Shown: in pieces, positions 59,260 through 64,000 of the stretch
Position numbering within the stretch: the first letter of the stretch is position 1
Layout of the letters: each line of letters starts with the position of its first letter
Assembly (NCBI RefSeq): GCF_009914755.1
Contig: NC_060931.1
Strand: one strand, 5' to 3'
Source of the DNA: the human T2T-CHM13v2.0 reference genome, Homo sapiens
DNA: 64,000 bases
Notes under the pieces: model-generated
The model's database searches: none
What the model was told of the DNA's origin: nothing
The model's input: the letters and a program-made list of their open reading frames with translations, nothing else
Made by a program: the position numbers and the translations under genes

Positions 59260-60530
59260 CAAAAGGAGCCAAGAAAACACAATGAAAGGATAATTTCTTC
59301 AATAAATGTGCTTGGGAAAACTGGATATTCACATGCAGAAGAATGAAATTGGAACTCACACACCACATGCAAAAATTAACTCAAAATGAATTAATAACGT
59401 AAACATATGGCCTGAAACTATAAAAGTACTAGAAAAAATATAAGAAGAAAGCTACATGACATTGGTCTGGATTATGATTTCTTGAATAGGTCATAGGATT
59501 ATGATTTCTTGAATCTAATTTAAAAATGGGGAAAAGACCTGAACAGACATTTTTCAAAAGAAGACGTAGGAATGACCAGCAGATATATGAAAAAATGCTC
59601 AAAATCTTTAATCATCATGGAAATGCAAAGTAAAATCCAAGTGAGATATCCCCTCATGTCTGTTAGAATGGCTATAATTAAAAAAAATGAAAGATGACAA
59701 GTATTGGCTAGCATGTCAAGAAAAAGGAACCCTGGTAAACTGTTTATGGGAAAGTTAATACAGCCATTATGGAAAACAGTATAGAGGCTCCTCAAAAGAC
59801 TAAAAAGATAGAATTACCACATAATCTTGAAATTTCATTTCTAGGTATATATCCAAAGAAATTCAAATCACTATGTTGAAGAGATATCTAAGCTCTCATG
59901 TTTATTTCAGCATCATCCACAGGAGCCAAGATACGGAAGTAACCTAAGTTTCTGTCCATAAATGAATAAAGAAAATGTGATATATATCTATATATATATC
60001 ATTATATATATATCATTATATATATTCCTATATATATATAAGGAGTACTATATAATCTTTAAAAAGAGGAAAAGTCTGTCATTTGAGACAACGTGGATGA
60101 ACCTGGAGGACATTATTCTAAGTAAAATAAGCCAGGCTCAGAAAGACATATACTACATAATTTCACTTATATTTGGAATCTATAAAAGTCTATCTCATAG
60201 AAACAGGGAGTAGAATGATGATTACCTGAGGCCTGGGGCATGAGGAAAGGTGTGAAATTGGTCAAAGGGTACACATTTTTAGTTAGGAGGAGTAAGTTTT
60301 AGTGATATATTATGCAGAATGGTGAACATAGTTAATAATGCATTATATATTCCAAAGTTGCTAACAGAATAGATTTTAAACATTGTCACTATAAAAAAAT
60401 TGATAAGGTGGTGAGATAATGGATATGTTAATTTGCTTAATTTAACGTTTCTATAATGTATACATATATCTAAACATCACATTATACTCTGTAAACATAT
60501 ACAATTATTTGTCAATTATGAAAAGAAAGT
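59260..60530 (+). mobile_element. L1MA-type 3' fragment
   Basis: ORF2 end (TTWMNLEDIILSKISQAQKD) and L1MA-type 3'UTR. Confidence 0.85.
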
Positions 60531-61811
60531 AGGAAAAAAGACTGAACCTATCTGTCATATTCAACTGCTCTGAACTTGCTGTTCAAGGATTGATAGTCTC
60601 TGTAGATTTGAGTTCAGTGTATCTTGTATGGCACTTGGTTACCAGGTTGTTAAAAGAAAAGTAGGTTTGGACCAAATCTGCCAAATGAAGCAACATTTAT
60701 TAATAAGAAGACAACAATAAAAACAATCATACAACATGCTCTTGCAAATTTGGGGATGAATGCAGACTAACTAGGACCTTGACTGCTAAATCACTCAAAG
60801 GTAAATGCAAACATACCTGACAGTAGAATCAGCTTAGTTTGTAGTTAGCTTTAATTACACAGTCCTCCTTGTGAGACAGACCTTGGACCATGTAGAGTTC
60901 TAGATGTCATGTGTTGCTCCAAGGATGTTCAGCTCCTGTGAATACTGGTTATTTGCATATTGTTCATGCCAGAGATGTGTTGACCGTGCAATCATTTTAT
61001 ATATCTTAAGTGCTTCAAAAATTCACCAAATAAATTCCAACGATTCTTATGTTAATGATCCCTCTGGTGTATATTTAAATAATGTTATTTGAAAACCTTT
61101 GCTGATTAAGGAACTTAGTTGCTTCAGTGGCTGACTACCTGTGCCTGGGATGTGGACTAATGTTAACTAACCTATACATGCAGTCCACATTTTTGCCACA
61201 GCATTTTGATATACATTACCAATATAATATTAATATAATATATTGCATAATATAATATATAAATATATATTACATATGATATAATAAGTATAATATTTAA
61301 CCATGTAATGGTTAAATAATACAAATACAAAGAAGGAAAACTTATTCTGAGGATCAAATGAAATAAATCCAAAGGGAGAAAAGTAATAATATATAATCCA
61401 TAATATCAGATTCAAGGGGAAATGAAATCTATCAAGGAGAATACTCTGGGATCAACAAATAGTGCCTCAATTGAAAAACCAAATTATCAAATTTAAATGT
61501 AAAATAGGAAACTTTAAGATATGATAAGATACAATGGAAAATTAACCAATGAATTAGAAGAGCTTTTGGAGGAAATCTGCCAGAGTAGAGCAGAAAAAGG
61601 TGAGGAAATAAATAAAAGGAAAAACATCGACATGGGAAATCCAATAGACATGTAATATGAAATTCAGAAAATAAGAACAAAGTAAGTTTCCAATATTTTA
61701 GGCATCTAAAATTACCAACTGAATATTTATTCAACAATTGTCCATGTTTGTAATTAAACTCAAGAAATTTAATTTTAATGCAGAATTTGAATAATGATTG
61801 TCACTCTAGAT

Positions 61812-62110
61812 ATGCCCTGTCCAATATGGTGGCCACAAGCCCCAATTGGCTAGCGAGCTCTTGAAATGTGTCTAGTTCAAACTGAGATGTGCTGTAAGTA
61901 TAAAATTCATGCTAGATTTTGAAGACTAAGTAAGAAACTAAGAATATGAAACATAAGCTAAGAATTTTAAACACTTTTTACATGTTGAAATTATTAAATT
62001 TTTGATAAGTTAAATAAAATAAATTATTAACATTTATTTACCTGTTTCTTTTTAGTTTTTCCATGTATCTGTCAGAAAATGCTTTTATTAGGTAGTGCTA
62101 TCTAGACAAT
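61812..62110. mobile_element. MER33-type (hAT-Charlie) DNA transposon
   Basis: CTGTCCAATATGGTGGCCAC...TTGAAATGTG...GAGATGTGCTGTAAGT...TTTGAAGACTAAGTA. Confidence 0.7.
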
Positions 62111-63589
62111 ACTAACTTGACAGGGCAATATTTTGTCACTGTTATTTACTTTCAAAGTTTTGGGGCATATTCTTGGAAAAACTTTAGAAGCAAATTCTTT
62201 TTGAATATGGACTTGATGTTAGAAAACAGTCAAAAGTCATTTTCCGCTAAGCCTATTAAGTGAGGTGGTAATAACATTGGATACACCTACAGGGTCAAAA
62301 ATCAAGGTTAGACAACTAAATATTGAGTCTTCTAATTTTGGCTGACTCATAAACTGGATTGTAGCACATCTCCTCGGACCTCAATTTCCTTTTATATAAA
62401 ATGAGAGTTTTCTACTAACCTATTTTGAAAGCTCCTTTGGCAATCTTAATACTTTGTGAATAATTTCATATTAACCTTAATGGTTTAAGATCTCAAAATT
62501 GGTTTTATAATCCTCTCAAAGACCTAAAGAATTATTTTAGACATGTTCAAAGATAATGATGGCCCTGTTCTCTGCTGAGAATATAGAATTTAACCATCAT
62601 AAGACAAAAAAAAAAAACAATGCAAACATTTCCTATTTTTTCTTCCTCATGTATGTTTGATTTTTACTAGTTTCTCTCTTTGTAAATGAAATAAATGAAT
62701 CTGTTAAAATATTTATACTCAAATATATTTATCCATTTCCATTAGATTTCACAAAATAGCTCCTAAGCCTTTCCTTTTATTTCTTCAAATATTTTGATTT
62801 AAAAAAATGTTTTCTTAGTATTTGATATATTGAGCTTTTATAGCTGTACTTCATATTTGCCTTAAATTTTGACGACTGTTCCTTTGATGACTTTATAAGC
62901 ATTTCAAGAAGAAATAAAATTAATAAAAACAATTTTAATTGGTGTTTAGAAAAATGTCTTTGAAAGTTAGGTGAATGGATTTATAAAAATAGTAAATCCT
63001 TTGGTGTTCTTCCATGTGGTGCTGGCAAAATTTGTAAGAGAAACTACATAGAATCATTTCACTGTAAATATATGTTATGTCTCTGAGCAAGAATGTGCTT
63101 TCTAATGAAACATTGAATATGTATAAGTTGTTCTACTCAAATAACCTAACGACAAACATACATATTTTAATCACACCCTCAAATCTTGTAAAGCTTTTTC
63201 TCCTTTTGCAATGAAGTCCACCCCAATCACATCTTTTCAGGGGCTGTAGAGAAAATGCTGATTTCATCAAATACTCTGTGTGTGGTTCAAGTGTTTTTTG
63301 GCTGGTACAAGGTGTTTTCATATGGCTTCCAATCAATATAAAAATACATTTAAAAATAAGAATAAAAATTACCAAAGCCATTTGTTAACGAATTAATGTA
63401 TTTAATTAACATTAAGTATTAATTGTGGACACAGCAATAGGTATTGGCCTGAACTGGGGTTCCCTAATCTTGAAGACCAATTTCAGTTATATTTTTACGT
63501 GATGATTAAGAAACTTGAGCAAACAATTTTTGGTACAGTAGGGAGTCACAAAACATTTGTGGAATTAACCATTAAACTATGTTGTCATA

Positions 63590-63800
63590 ATAAAAATAAC
63601 CTTTATTAAGTACCTGTTCTGTGCTGGACACTGTGAAAGAATTTGATGTAATTTAATACTCAACAATTCTGTAAGATAGACATTGCTCCAATTTGATGTA
63701 TGAAAAAAGAAGGCTCAGAGAGTTTGGGTAACTGACCTATGGACACATAGCTAGTAAATGACAAAATGACAATGCTACGATTTAGACCAAGATCCAAAGA
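63590..63800 (-). mobile_element. MIR SINE
   Basis: AGGCTCAGAGAG...TAACTGACCTATGGACACATAGCTAGTAAATG. Confidence 0.65.
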
Positions 63801-64000
63801 ACTACAGTGACCATGACCTGAGACCCCCTAATAATGTTACCTTTATAACAGGGTGTTCTGAACCTGTGGTTATATCTCAAGCTTCATCCAGATATGGTCT
63901 AGCTGGCTGTAGATCATACTCTCAAGCAGGAAGTGGCAGAGAACAAAATGTGATCACCAAAATGCGGCAGGCAGTGAGTGAAGGGTTAATTCACAGCAAG

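Overview
This is human or great-ape genomic DNA, AT-rich and dominated by repeats. The only gene I can support is TMEM196 on the minus strand. Its first coding exon (4982/4964-5128, [49 protein letters not shown][VWSGVC]) sits in a CpG island at about 4.9-6.3 kb, and 1-4.9 kb is intron 1. The ORF track misses this exon. From memory, human TMEM196 is at 7p21.1. The remaining ~57 kb is upstream intergenic DNA made of L1, Alu, LTR, DNA-transposon, L2 and MIR remnants. I found no new biological system. The best observations are: (1) an L1PA3-like insertion with both a twin-priming 5' inversion and a ~360-bp 3' transduction inside one target-site duplication (TSD); (2) a second, older twin-primed L1 2 kb away; (3) a ~1.15-kb mRNA-3'UTR-like retrocopy splitting an old L1 3' end; (4) a 54-bp inverted duplication 800 bp apart; (5) TMEM196 exon 1 architecture, with tandem donors toggling VWSGVC, an overlapping uORF and RE1/REST-like motifs. 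Repeat subfamily names come from recalled consensus sequences, not a RepeatMasker run, and boundaries of old elements are approximate.
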